From contig RQSC01000630.1 of NCBI GenBank assembly GCA_013416795.1, positions 1-64,000 on the forward strand: a stretch of DNA of 64,000 nt, in the 5' to 3' direction. The first letter of the stretch is position 1. Each line of letters starts with the position of its first letter. The notes beneath the pieces were generated by a model. It ran no database searches and had not been told where the DNA came from. It saw only the letters and a program-made list of their open reading frames with translations. The position numbers and the translations under genes are program-made. This document shows positions 10,336 to 22,026 of this stretch, piece by piece. Source of the stretch: Prasinococcaceae sp. CCMP 1430. Lineage: Eukaryota > Plantae > Prasinodermophyta.

Positions 10336-13300
10336 ATGGCGGCGGCGCCGCCGCCGCCGGCGGCCTCGGATGGCGTTGCAGGCGCAGCAGATGCGGCGCC
10401 GCCATGGGGGTGGGAGGCGTGGTACACCAGCGCGGCCATCGCGGCGGCGTTCGCGCTCATGCTGCTGGACCTCGCAAAGCCGGACCTCGCGCTGCTCGGC
10501 GCGCTCGCGCTCATCCTGGCGACCACCGACATCGTCACCGTGCAGGAGGGGCTGGAGGGGTTCAGCAACCAGGTGCGCTCTTGCGGCAGGGCGTCGCGAG
10601 AGCACCGTCTGTCCACGTGCATGCGTGTGTGCGCGCGCGCAAGCAGTGTGCGCGTGCGCGCGTACGTGTGCGCGCGCCTGCGTGCATGTGGGCGCACGTG
10701 CGAGCTGACATTCAATGCGCGGGCGTGGTCGTCACACTGGCGCCCACGCTCTGCGCGCACGCGCCCGGCGTCCTGTCTCCCCCCCCCTGGGACAACGCCT
10801 AGGGCCTGCTGACCGTGGGCGTCCTCTTCGCCGTGGCGGCGGGCATCAACAACACGGGGGGGCTGGACTACACCATGGGACGCATCCTGGGCGCGCCTGG
10901 CACCGCGGCGGCCGCGCAGTTCCGCCTGATGGTCCCTGTGGCGGTGGTGTCGGCCTTCCTCAATAACACGCCTGTGGTGGCCATCCTCATCCCCATCGTC
11001 AAGCAGTGGGCGGCGCGAATCAGGCTCGCGCCAGGGCAGCTCTTCATCCCGCTGAGCTATGCCAGCATCCTGGGCGGAACGTGAGTGTGTGTGCGTGTGT
11101 ATGTGCATGTGTGTTTGTGTGCGTCCCCATGTGCGCGTACGCGTGTGCGTGTGTGTGTTCACGCGTGTGCGCGCGCGCGCACGCGCGGACTCGGTTCTGA
11201 CGCACCCCTTCCCCCAACCCGCGCTCGCAGGTGCACGCTCATTGGCACCTCCACCAACCTGGTTGTGGCCGGCCTGTACGAGCAGCGCCTCCCGGGCCAG
11301 TCCATCGGCATCTTCGACCTCAGCCCCTACGGCGTGCCCGTCATGCTCAGCGGCCTCGCGTACGTGCTCGCGGTGTCGCCCTGGCTGCTCGTGGGCGGCG
11401 CGCGCCGCAGCAGGTCCGGCGCGGCGGGGGCGGAGGGCGCCGACGAGGAGGACGCCAAGGGCGGCGGCGGCGACGAGCTCGTCGTCGCCGCGCGCGTGCG
11501 GCCCACCAGCCCCGTCGTGGGGCGCACCGTCGCTGAGGGGGGGCTGCGCGGCCTGCCGGGCCTCTACCTGATCTCCGTGCGCCGCGGCGACATGCTGGTG
11601 CGCGCCGTGGGGCCCGAGTTCGTCGTGGCCGATGGAGACGTCTTGCACTTCACGGGCCTGGCGGAGAAGCTGGGCGAGGTGGCCGCGGCGTACGGGCTCG
11701 AGCCTCTGCACCACGAGCACGACCACGACGTCGACGACTCAGCCACGGCGCTCTCCCTCCTCGGAAGCGACCTCGCAGGCGACAAGGGCTGGGCGGCCGC
11801 CGCGGACGTGGATGAGGGGCGCGGGGGCGCCGCGAGCCACGCGTGGGCGGTGGCACTCGCCGATGCCGAGGCCCCGCAAGAGCGCGCGCCCCTCTGCCCC
11901 GGCAGTGATGGATACTACTCCGATGGTGGGGCAGGTGTGATGCGACGGCGGCACTCGGTGCGCAGCGACGCCAACAGGTGCGTGGGCGTGGGCGTGGGCG
12001 CGCGTGCGCGCTGGCGTGCGCGTGCGTGTGCGTATCGGCCACACGCGTGCATCTCGCGCTGACTTTCGCGCTCGCGACTTCGAGCGCAGCCTCGAGCTGG
12101 GCGTCCACGCCTCCTCCTCGAGGGCCAAGGCTACGCGACGAGCCGCGCGCTACGCGAGCAGCGAGGGCACCGTCGATGGCTACTACGGCCCGCACACAGA
12201 CGAGCGCAGCGATCGCCCACCTTCGCCGCCCTCATCGCACGACGCTTCGTCGGTGCGCCGGCACCAGGCCGGCGCGAGCGTGGCGTCGCTGCGGCACATG
12301 CCGCCGCCTGGCCTGCGCATGGCGCGCGCGGCGGTGCGGCCTGGCTCGAGCCTGGAGGGCAAGGCACCGCGCGACGTGGGCTTCCGGCGGCGCTACGGTG
12401 CGGCCATCCTCGCGCTCGTGCGGCGGGGCGAGCAGCTGCATGGCGTTATTGGCCAGACGCCGCTCATGGCGGGCGACGTGATCGTCATGCAAGTGTCGCT
12501 AGACTCGCCGCTGCTGGAACTGATCAACGGCGACCTACCCGAGCCGCAACCTGAGCCAGGCAGTGCTTTGCCCCGCTCACGCTGGTCTCTCAACCGCCTG
12601 ACGGGCAGCTTTGGCTCGCTGTCTGCGGCCGTTGCCGGCGGCGAGAAGGACGGCGAGGCCAGGGAGGGGAGTGCCTCGCCTGGCGGCGATAGCGAGGCGG
12701 ATGCCATCGAATTGTCCGAGGTGACGGTCCGAGATGGCCCGGCGGTGGCGGCGGATCGCGCCGCCGCGAGCGAGCGACAGACTCGCGCTCCCGACGCCCC
12801 GGCGTCGCTGGCCGAGTGCCACGTCGACTTGAAAATCGTGCAGAACTCGGGTGGCGTGGAGCGCGACTTCATGATTGCCATGCGCGTCGCACCTGGGTCG
12901 CCCATCATCGGCAAAACCGTACAGGCCGCCGGGTTGCGCGGTCTGCCCGGGCTCTTCCTGGCATCCATCGAGCGCCATCCCGCAGAGGAGGCCGTTGGAG
13001 GCGCTTGGTCAGGGGGCGAGCGCCGCGCGGGCGACGGCGGTGGCGATTGTGTACGCGACGATGACGGCGGGGTGGGCGGAGTGAGCGCTGCAGCAGGTGA
13101 CGAGGAGGCACCGCCGGTAGATGCGCCGGCCACACCATCCATCGTGGTGGCCGACCGGGACGACAAGCTACGCGCAGGCGACGTATTGTGGTTCTCGGGC
13201 GAGCTGCAAAGCGTGGCCGCCCTTCGGCGGGTGCCCGGGCTCGTGCCTCTCGAGGATCACCAGCTCAGCAAGCTGAAGGTGGTCAAGGCGGAGCGCAGGC

Positions 13301-14280
13301 TTGTGCAGGCGGTGTTGGCACAGCGGAGCGAGCTGGTCGGCCGCACGGCCAAAGATTCTCGCTTCCGCACGCGCTACGACGCCGTCATCATCGCCGTCCA
13401 TCGCGCGGGCGAGCGCGTGCACCACCAGATCGGGGCCATTCGTTTCCAACCGGGCGACGTGCTGCTTCTCGACACCGGTCCGGGCTTCATGCGCGCGCAC
13501 GGCAAAGATCCCGCATTTGCCCTGGTTTCGGAGATCCGCGACTCCATGCCGCCGCGCTTCCACCTGCTGTACGTGGCTGGTGCGGCCGCCGCCGCCATGA
13601 TCGCCCTCGCCGTAGCCAATGTGCTGCCGCTCTTCACGTCGGCACTGCTTGCGGCAGGCGTCATGGTCTGCACAGGCTGCCTCACGCAGGAGCAGGTGCG
13701 CGAGTCGGTCAACTGGCAAGTCATTGTCACCATCGCCACCGCGTTTGGCCTGAGCAACGCCATGCAGAACGCAGGCATCGCCGGCAACTTGGCCAAATGG
13801 ATGGTCGACGGCGCAGAGGCCACTGGGACGGGCGAGACTGGCCTGCTGGTGGCCATACAGGTGGGCACTATCGTGCTGGCCAACGTTGTGGGAAACAACG
13901 CCGCCGCCGCGCTCATGTTCCCTATCGCCGCTGACGCGGCGGTCAGAGGAGGCACCGACCTGCTCAACATGAGCTTCAACGTCATGCTGGCGGCGTCCGC
14001 GAGCTTTGCCAGCCCGTTCGGCTATCAGACGAATCTGATGGTCTATGGCGCGGGTGGCTACCGCTTCGCCGATTTTGTGCGCTTCGGCGGGCCAATGCAG
14101 CTATGGCAGCTGGTGGTGTCTGTGCTGGTCCTCGTGGTGGGTCAGCCTGGCGTCTTCATCCTCTGGGGAGTCACGGGCGGGCTGGTGCTGTTCCTTGTCT
14201 TCGGCAGCACGGCGATACAGGCGATTAAGACCGTCGGAGTATTTGGGTGGCTCAAGCAACAAAGCCGACCCTTCGAATGA
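10336..14280 (+). CDS. SLT: SLC13-family sodium/sulfate cotransporter with TrkA-C domains (SLT/SAC1-like), 4 exons
   Basis: Exons 10336-10572, 10803-11080, 11231-11977, 12090-14280 join in frame. Motifs GFSN.GLLTV..LF.VA.GI..TGGL, SAFLNNTPVV, PLSYASILGGTCTLIGTSTNLVV, repeated GLRGLPGL TrkA-C units, ASFASPFGYQTNLMVYG.GGY.F.DF. Confidence 0.95.
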
Positions 14281-14403
14281 GCTACCGAGATTGTTGGTCA
14301 CAGGGGTGCGGGCACGGTTGTCTCTTTACGAAAGCGGAGCTCGGGCGCGCGCGCGAACGCGGGCGACGCCATCACTGGCGCGCATGCGTGCCGCATGGGG
14401 ATG

Positions 14404-14408
14404 TGTAA
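14404..14408 (+). terminator. TGTAA chlorophyte-type polyadenylation signal (example)
   Basis: TGTAA follows stop codons at 4206, 14404, 28757, 41131 (+) and 23971 (-). Confidence 0.55.
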
Positions 14409-14477
14409 TATATAGAGAAAGGAAGCCACCCTAGGTGGCGGGTACCCTGGCTTGCAGACGGCACACTCCGCAGTGTT

Positions 14478-15376
14478 TCAGAGGATCTTGATGGCGCCGG
14501 CGACGCACACGTACGAGAGGAAGACGCACGACCACATGCCGACGGAAAAGCTAAGCGTGCGCAGCGGTCCGAGCCCAGCGGCGTAGCAGACGTTGTGCGC
14601 GATGCGCGCAGCAGTGAAAACGCCCACAGCCACGGCGATGGACTTCGCCTCCACCACGCCTTCACTTGCTTGGGCATTGACCAGGCTTGCCGCCATGGCC
14701 AACAGCAGCCCGAAAGGTTCGGCCTCCAGATTGTTCTGCGTGGAGCGGCGCACAGCGGAGTTCAGTCAGCCCGGTGTCGCTCGCTTGCCAGTGCGCGCTC
14801 TCGACACCGCTCGCGCTCCGACAGCTTGGCGCACCTGGTTGACGCGGTTCCAGCGCGCCTGCGGATTTGCGCAGTCGCCAGGCGCGGTCGTCGCGGTGAT
14901 GCGGGAAGGGCACGACGGAGAGAGCCTCGCACACGTCAGACAGATAGACAGCTGATATGCGAGACGGGTGCATGTACATACATGTTCAAGCAGAATGTAT
15001 CGTCCGCGACACCAGCAGGACGCGGACGCGGATGCGCACATAGGTGGCCACGCACCAGTGCTATCGCGGCCTCCTTAGATGCTGGCGGGCGTTCCGCGAA
15101 GCTCTGTGGGGCCTTTTGCGTGGGCCAAAGCATGGGGCCCCATATGGAGTCTTCAGGTGCGCGCACGCCCGCCTTGCCGCGCGCGATAGCGAACGAGCCG
15201 CCGGTCACGACATTCTTGGCTGGATTGTTACGCACACACACAGGTGGTAATGTCAGTCAGCCACCAACAACAACTCAGTCGCCAGCGCGCGCGCAGGCCT
15301 TTGGCGCGCGCGCACCGAAGAGGGCAGCGCACGCCACGCCGATCATCGCCACGTCGGCGCCCGCGGTGCCGCCCAT
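14478..15376 (-). CDS. MAPEG family protein (microsomal glutathione S-transferase/PGES-like), 4 exons including a 24-nt microexon
   Basis: Exons 15376-15316, 15219-15056, 14858-14835, 14735-14478 give MGGTAGADVAMIGVACAALFAKNVV..AGVRAPED..ARWNRVNQNNLEAEPFG..FTAARIAHNVCY....PLRT, which are MAPEG hallmarks. Confidence 0.8.
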
Positions 15377-15596
15377 GACCCCCGCACCCGCGGCTGCCGC
15401 CCGCTGCGCGCTCTGTGGCGCGCCCGCACTCGGCAGCGGCGGCGCCGCCAAAAATAAAATAAAATAAAAACTGTCTGCTGCTGTCTCCTACCGGTACCGA
15501 CGGTACAAGAGTCAATGCCTCAGGCTGCGTTTTACGTGGGGTGAGAGCAGCGTGTGCGATTGCGTGCCGGGCGAGTGCACATGTGCACGCGCGAGG

Positions 15597-18500
15597 CTAC
15601 TCCGCGGCCGGGGCATTGGGCGGCGCCTCGACGATCTTCCGATGGAATTCGAGTTTGATGTTCACCCGCCCCCCGCGGACGCCCTCGAGCTTCCACGTGC
15701 TGTTCATGGTGCCGAGGCGCACGACGTCGGCGAGTTGGATGGACGTGAAGCCCAGGGAGCGCCTGCCCACGCCACTGGGCGTCCACACCGCCACGTCGAG
15801 GTCCTTTTGCGCATCCACATCTACGAACTCGAACGTCTGTGAGCCGAAGCTGGGATTGAGCCCGCGCCCCGGCTCGGAGGTGAACACCTCCGTGCCCACC
15901 GACAGCTCCACGCGGGGCAAGATCTTGCGCAACGGCATGCGCCCAGTCAGTGGGACGCGCACAGGGGGCTTCTCCATGCCCTCGCAGCTCTCGAGGGTAA
16001 CCGTCAGGGGCCCAACGGCAGTCTTGACGCGGTCAGCCTGCGTCATCCTCGAGGACCTCAATGACGCCAAGTCACGCACCAACGTCATGTTTCGGCCCAG
16101 CGAGGTCGCGTGAGACGTGTCTGCGTCCGGTTTGACAATCTCGCGCGAGCCGAGCACGAACGTCTCGACGGCGAACTCGATCAGTATCTCTGGACGTGCT
16201 ACCTGCCCATCACCCGTGGGCATCGGCGTCCCTCCATCGAGAGGGATCCAAATCGCCTCTCGCTCACCCTCAGCGACCAGCTCGTCGACCTTCACGATGG
16301 TCGCGCCCAAGAGATCGTTGCTCGCAAGGACCGACTGGTTCTTCATCATCTGCTCCACGTCGCTGGCAATGTGTTGCTTGATCTCGCCGAGCTTGTTCCC
16401 TGCGCTCGTCTCGCTGTCCGTTCTGTCCTCCGACTCCATGCCATGCCCGGCGGCGTCCTTCTCCATACGAATGCGCTCCTCGAGCGTGGCCGCCCTCACA
16501 AGCGCCCTCCCCGCCAAGAGCTTGTGCACTAGGCTCTTCCGATTGGGAGACAGGACGAAGTCCTTGAAGTTTTGGTCCCAAGGAATGTTGAGCACATCGA
16601 TGGTGAACTGCTCGCGGGTCAACTGCGACCGCTCCGCCAGGTGTTTGATGGGCGCGACCTTGCGCGCGATCGCGCCCGGTGAGGCCGCCTTGCTAAGGAT
16701 CGGCTTCCGGTCCTTATCGAAGACGGCGATGACCATCTCTGAGTACGCGAGGTCGCCGCAGGTGAATTTGAAGTCCTCGTTCCACTCGGGCGAGCTCGCG
16801 TTCTTCTTGTGCGAGGTGTGGCGGACGCGCTCCTCGTACGGGAGTTCTCCTGCGAGCACGAGGACGGCGAACGGGTCCGCACTCTCCGGCAAGTTGCGCG
16901 CGCCTATCACGCTCGCGCGAATGGTGTGCGACAAGCCGTCCTTGTCGGTTTTGGTGAGCTCCTTGACCGCCGGAAAGGAGAAGTCGAGCACGGGCACATG
17001 CAGGACCGACGGGTAGCGCCCGGCGCGACGCAGAACGGGCCCCGTGAGCGCATCCTTCAGCGCGCCCATGCCGGGCAGGTCCATCAAATCGAACGCCGGT
17101 AGCAAAGGGGAGGGGCGCAGCACGAGAGACCAGTCGATGACCGGCTGGTCGATGAACGACAAGCTGACGCCCGCGACGAGCGGGAGGCGCGAGATGAGTG
17201 GCCGCATGCGCATACGAACGATGGCGATGAACTGCATCTCCCGCATCTCAAAGCGCACCCTCCACAGAGGGTTGAATTTGAGCCCACAGCTCCCGCCCAC
17301 AACCTGGTCGCCAGCGATTTTGAGGGAGAACTCAACCAGCAGCTCGTCGTTGTTGGTCATCTGTGAGCCATACGCGCGCACAGCCTCAAGCACTGGCGGG
17401 CACTCCCCGAGATCGAAGTCAATGCTGGCCTCCACGAAGCCTGGGACGAGCGTTCCGAGCACTTTGGCGTTCAGCTCATCGATCTCATCCTTCACCGCGT
17501 GCCTCATGTAAGGCCTGCGATTGGGTCGCGCGCGCGCGTGCATGGTCAGTGCTGTGCGCGTGCGGCGGACAGGCACGACCGCGACGCATCTGGGTGATGC
17601 CAAGCGCAGGTCGCGCGCACGCACCACATGTCCAGCATGATCGTGTTGAGCCACGCGCTACGCTGCCACCCAGGAAAGGCCGCCCAAATCGGCAGCCCCT
17701 CGCCGATGCCCATCTGCACGGGCATAGCACTGGCGAGCTTGCGGATCATGTGCTTGGGAACTCCCTCAAGGGACCCATCGTCTTCGCGCAGGTAGCTGAA
17801 GAGGGCCTCCGTGGCGAGGCCCAACTCGCGCGCAATCGCGCGGCCGAACTTCGTCGGGCCTAACCTGCGCTCCGCGGTTGACGACGTGCCTGCTTGCTCC
17901 ACCAAGGGCTGGTACTCGAGCCCCACCGCCACTTCGCCGCCGCTCTTCCTCACCATCGAGTCACCCACCATTCTGACGGACAAGGAGTTCTGTCCCTTCA
18001 TTGGGGTCCGCAGAGGATACCACTTGTGCGTCACCGTGTTGGGCGGTAGGCTTGCGATGCTCACGCACACCTCGCCTACTTTGTCGTCCTTGGACGCCGC
18101 GTCGTGGTCGTACAGCGCGATCCACAGGTATTCGAGGCCCTCCGAGTACACGTCGAGCTCGAAGTCCTCCTCGAAGACAGGATTTCGAATACGCTTCGCG
18201 GTGCGCGTGCGCTGCATGCGCCTCCGTCCGTCCTTGTTCGAGAGCGTGGGCGAGGTGCGGCGCCCGCCAATGCCGACCGCAACGTACGGGTCGATCGAGC
18301 CAAATGTGTCGGTTTTCTGCAGCGCGCGGCACCTAATAATCTGCACGCGCAGCTTCCCGACGGGCTTCACCTCCAGTGCGCGCTCGATTCGCTGCACGAC
18401 CGAGGGTGGCTGATCTGTGGCCAGGACGACGGGCACCGCGTTCGGGTACACGACGGTCTTCCTGAGGGCCTTGGAAATGATGCCATTGATCACGGGCTCG

Positions 18501-19423
18501 ACACCCGGAAAGCTACTGAGCGAAACCGAGGCGGGCTTTTTCACCTGCACGTTGTAAGCGATGCTCGGCTCCTCGAGCATGGTGATCTGCACGCCTCCGA
18601 CGCAGGGGATCTCATCCATGAGCTGGCTCAGAGTGATCTGGACGCTTCCCGCGAGGTCGAGGTCAGTCAGAGAGATCGCGAGGGGAACCAGTCCCCCAAA
18701 AATTTTCGGTCCGCTCAGCTCGAAGACGATGTCGGGGTCGCCGCGCCATTCGAGTTCGAGCTGGATCTGAATTTCGTCCGCCTCGTCTGCAGGCACCAGC
18801 CGCACGCTCTCCACGCACGGCGAGATCGTACCCAGCGAGAACTTCTTGAAGCGCATGGAGTTAACGCCGGGCGGTCGCATGTCATCGAGCATCGGCTCGA
18901 CGATGTCGCGCACGCTCGAGCCGGACGCCGCCGAGATGTGCTTCCACAGCGACGCCAGCATGCTGTTCACCCAGTCCACCTTCTCGCGGCCGGTGCCCGC
19001 CTCGAGCCATGACTCGTCCTGAACCCAGTCACCGCGCGGCAGCATGCTCACCAGACCCTGCAGCCGATGCACGCCCGCAATATTCAGATTGCGCTGCATC
19101 TGTACCGCCGCGGCGCGCCTCGCGCGCCGCCGCCTCCTGCGCGGGCCGACGACGCGCGCCCACAGCACGCTCAGGAGGACGTAGCGCAGCGTGGGAGGCG
19201 CGGCGGCGAGCGCCGCCCACAGAGCGCGCGCCTCCCACGAGGCGCCGCCGCCGACATCCCCCTTGCGCGCCTCATCGGCACCCGCGCGCAACGCCTTGGC
19301 GGCCCCTCGCGCCGCGCGCACCACGACGGGCCCCGCGGGCCCGAGCACACAAGTCGTCGCCGGCGTTGAGCATGATGGACTCGGCGCCGCCGCACGCCAC
19401 GCCGCGCACTGCGCGCGCCGCAA
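15597..19423 (-). CDS. Synaptotagmin-like lipid-transfer protein with two SMP domains and three C2 domains; 5' end unresolved
   Basis: Intron 17624-17515 joins the two ORFs (..LDMW|PYMR). SMP1: EKVDWVNSMLASLW..FKKFSLG. C2: DTFGSIDPYV..YDHD....DD. SMP2: QRSAWLNTIMLDMWPY..FDLGECPP. Further C2 domains follow. Confidence 0.85.
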
Positions 19424-20053
19424 CGCGGCGCAGGCGTACCAGCATCGCGGCGCCTAAACAGCGTCGCGCGGCTCGAGCGGCAGGAGACGATGCAGACCAG
19501 GGGAGACGCGCCGGGAGGGGAGGAGGGGGGGCGCGATGCGGACAGCGCTCGCGCGCCCTCCGCCTCCCCGCCCGCCCGCCTGCCGCGTGGCCGCGCCCGG
19601 CGCGCGCTGTGGCCGCATCGGGCGGCGCCGCTGTGGGGGAACTTCAAGCGACGCCCCCAAAACATACGTAAGACGCCTCGAAATGCACATACTCCGTCAT
19701 ATTCAGATCCGGAATCCACTAGCGAACGTCACCTCATCGCCGGCTGCGTCCAAATCGCGGAATACAAAATCCGACGAGTGCCTACCAGTTCGAACGAAGG
19801 GCGGTGGCACGGAATCTGCATCTGCGCCTGCGTCATGGACCCTACCGTAATTAACTCACCCTTCGAAACCTTAACCCCGCACTGGAGGTGGAGCGACCCG
19901 CGCGATGCGATTTGATGGGGAGCGTTCAGATTGATGGGTGTTTTCGCGCGCCTCGCTGCTCTTTCGAAAACCGCGCGCGGGTGGCGGTGATGCGGGGGGA
20001 GGGGGAGGGGGAGTCGACATGCTCGTGCTCACCCAAGGGATGGCCACATTGCA

Positions 20054-20102
<49 letters not shown>
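20054..20102. repeat. Poly-G tract (~49 nt)
   Basis: Direct reading; intergenic between divergent genes. Confidence 0.9.
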
Positions 20103-20104
<2 letters not shown>

Positions 20105-20340
20105 ACACCGCGTGCTCGAGAGGCGGCGTCCCGCCCTCCGCGCGCGCGGGGCCCGCCGGGCCCGCAGCGGACTGCGTGGCGCTGCGCAGTGCACCGAGTG
20201 GGCGACGCGACTCGCCGCGCGCGGCGCCGCACAGTCGCGCGCCCGGCGCTCGCTGCTCGCTACTTGGGCGCGAAAATAGGCAATCGCGCCGCACCGTCGC
20301 GCTCTACGCGCGTCGCACGCCGTGCCGGCGGCGGTGACGG

Positions 20341-22026
20341 ATGGCGGCCATGCTGACGCTGGTGGCTGCGGCGACGGCGGGTCGTGGGCTCGTGAGTCGC
20401 CGCCGCGCCTCCCCGGCACCGGGCGGTGCTGCTCCGGTTGTAGCGGTGGCTGCGCACGCACTCGCAGCAATGTTTGCTCTCACGACGATGGCGAGTTTTG
20501 CGTCTTCGCTGCCGGAGGCGGCGGTGCCCGCTCCGGCAGTCCGCGTCGTGCCCAACGGCGCGGCGTACGTCGTGGCTCGTGTGGTCCGCCCGGACGGCGG
20601 CGACGGTGAGTCTGGCGTGGGCGGAGGCCGTCCAGACTCGGATTCCGGCGATGGCAGCTCCGCAAATGGCGCCTTGGCGTCCCCCGACAATGTCGCCGCG
20701 CCGCCATGTGTGCTCGTGACGATCGGCTACGAGGTGCTGGGCACCTCACAATTTTCGTCGAGAGAGGCGCAAGTGGCCCCCGCCGCAGAGCATGTCGCGG
20801 GCGATGCAAGTGTGCAGCAGGAGCACGAAGCGATGCCGCGCGGCGCTGATGCTCGCTCTCGCGGCAGCGATAGGCACTCGCGCTCGCGCCGCGTGAGCGA
20901 GGGACGCTGCGCGTGCGGCAGCGGCAGCCCCAGTGTGGTCTTCGAACTGCCAGGCAATCGAGCGCTAGAAGATGATCTTGCAATGGCGACCGACGACTCG
21001 GATCGTGGCACCGCGGCCATCGCTGGAGAGGTCGTGTTTTACGCTCAAATGGCAATGGAAGAGTGCGATCGCGCGATGCTCGACCCCTGGGCCGTCTCTC
21101 TGGCGGGCACAAACACTCGCGCCCCCGAACCACGCGCAAGGTTTTATTTCAGCGTCGGTTCCGCGACTGGAGAAATGCTGGCCACCATGTCAGTGTCCGC
21201 CGCCGACCTAGAGCCGAGTGCCAGTGCGCACATCACAGCGGCGAAATTTGTCCACGCAGCCGGCCAGGGAGAGAAATGCTCTGTGCCTGGCGGCCACCTT
21301 CTCGGTGGTGGAGGCGACGCATGTCCCGGCGCGATGGAGACGCAGCCGCAGAGTGTGGCCGCGCGCATCTGTGCGAACATGTGCAGCGGAGGCTTCGGCT
21401 ATGTACTGCGGGCGATGATGGGGGCCGCCCCGCAGCTCATCAAAGCAAGGCGCAGCGCGCCGCACTGGCATGGTGGCAACGCAACTCATGACTCGGAGGA
21501 TCAGGGCGAGCCGTTGCCGGCCGACGCCCTTCTGTTGCTCTGCGCGATACTCGGGGGCGCATTGCTGGCGACGCTGTGCGCGTTGGTAGGCATGACAGTT
21601 GTGTCCAACAGCTCGAGAGCGGCGGCAGAGAGGACGCTGCATGCTACTAGTGTGCCACCGACTACCGAACACATCACTGTTGCCACGCACTCTCGGCGCG
21701 AAGGTAGCGGCGACAACGAGGAAGATTTGATCGTCAGAGGCGGCCTCTTGCATATGCACACTGCAGTGGCGGGCACGTTTGTGCGTGTGGATGATTCGGA
21801 TGCAGATTCCGAGGGCGCCCCAGCTAGCGGCACGGACATCATCAACGGTAGCGCCTACCGCTACGACTACGAGACCGTGAACGCGGAGAACACCACACTA
21901 GCAGGAGGCGAGAACGGAGGCGAGGGCGCGACCAGGTCGCAGCCCGGGCACGTTCCAAGGGGCTGCCAGTGGCAGCGCAGCGGCGTCCGGCTCGAGCGCC
22001 AGCAACCGCCATCAAGCCGCGGCTGA
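20341..22026 (+). CDS. Hypothetical secreted/type-I membrane protein
   Basis: 561-aa ORF with an N-terminal hydrophobic segment, several Cys and a TM helix (ALLLLCAILGGALLATLCALVGM). No family recognised. Confidence 0.45.
   Translation: MAAMLTLVAAATAGRGLVSRRRASPAPGGAAPVVAVAAHALAAMFALTTMASFASSLPEAAVPAPAVRVVPNGAAYVVARVVRPDGGDGESGVGGGRPDSDSGDGSSANGALASPDNVAAPPCVLVTIGYEVLGTSQFSSREAQVAPAAEHVAGDASVQQEHEAMPRGADARSRGSDRHSRSRRVSEGRCACGSGSPSVVFELPGNRALEDDLAMATDDSDRGTAAIAGEVVFYAQMAMEECDRAMLDPWAVSLAGTNTRAPEPRARFYFSVGSATGEMLATMSVSAADLEPSASAHITAAKFVHAAGQGEKCSVPGGHLLGGGGDACPGAMETQPQSVAARICANMCSGGFGYVLRAMMGAAPQLIKARRSAPHWHGGNATHDSEDQGEPLPADALLLLCAILGGALLATLCALVGMTVVSNSSRAAAERTLHATSVPPTTEHITVATHSRREGSGDNEEDLIVRGGLLHMHTAVAGTFVRVDDSDADSEGAPASGTDIINGSAYRYDYETVNAENTTLAGGENGGEGATRSQPGHVPRGCQWQRSGVRLERQQPPSSRG

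Noticed and set aside
6492-11230. Introner-type mobile introns
   Set aside because: The introns share composition and donor/branch motifs but I see no extended sequence identity between them.
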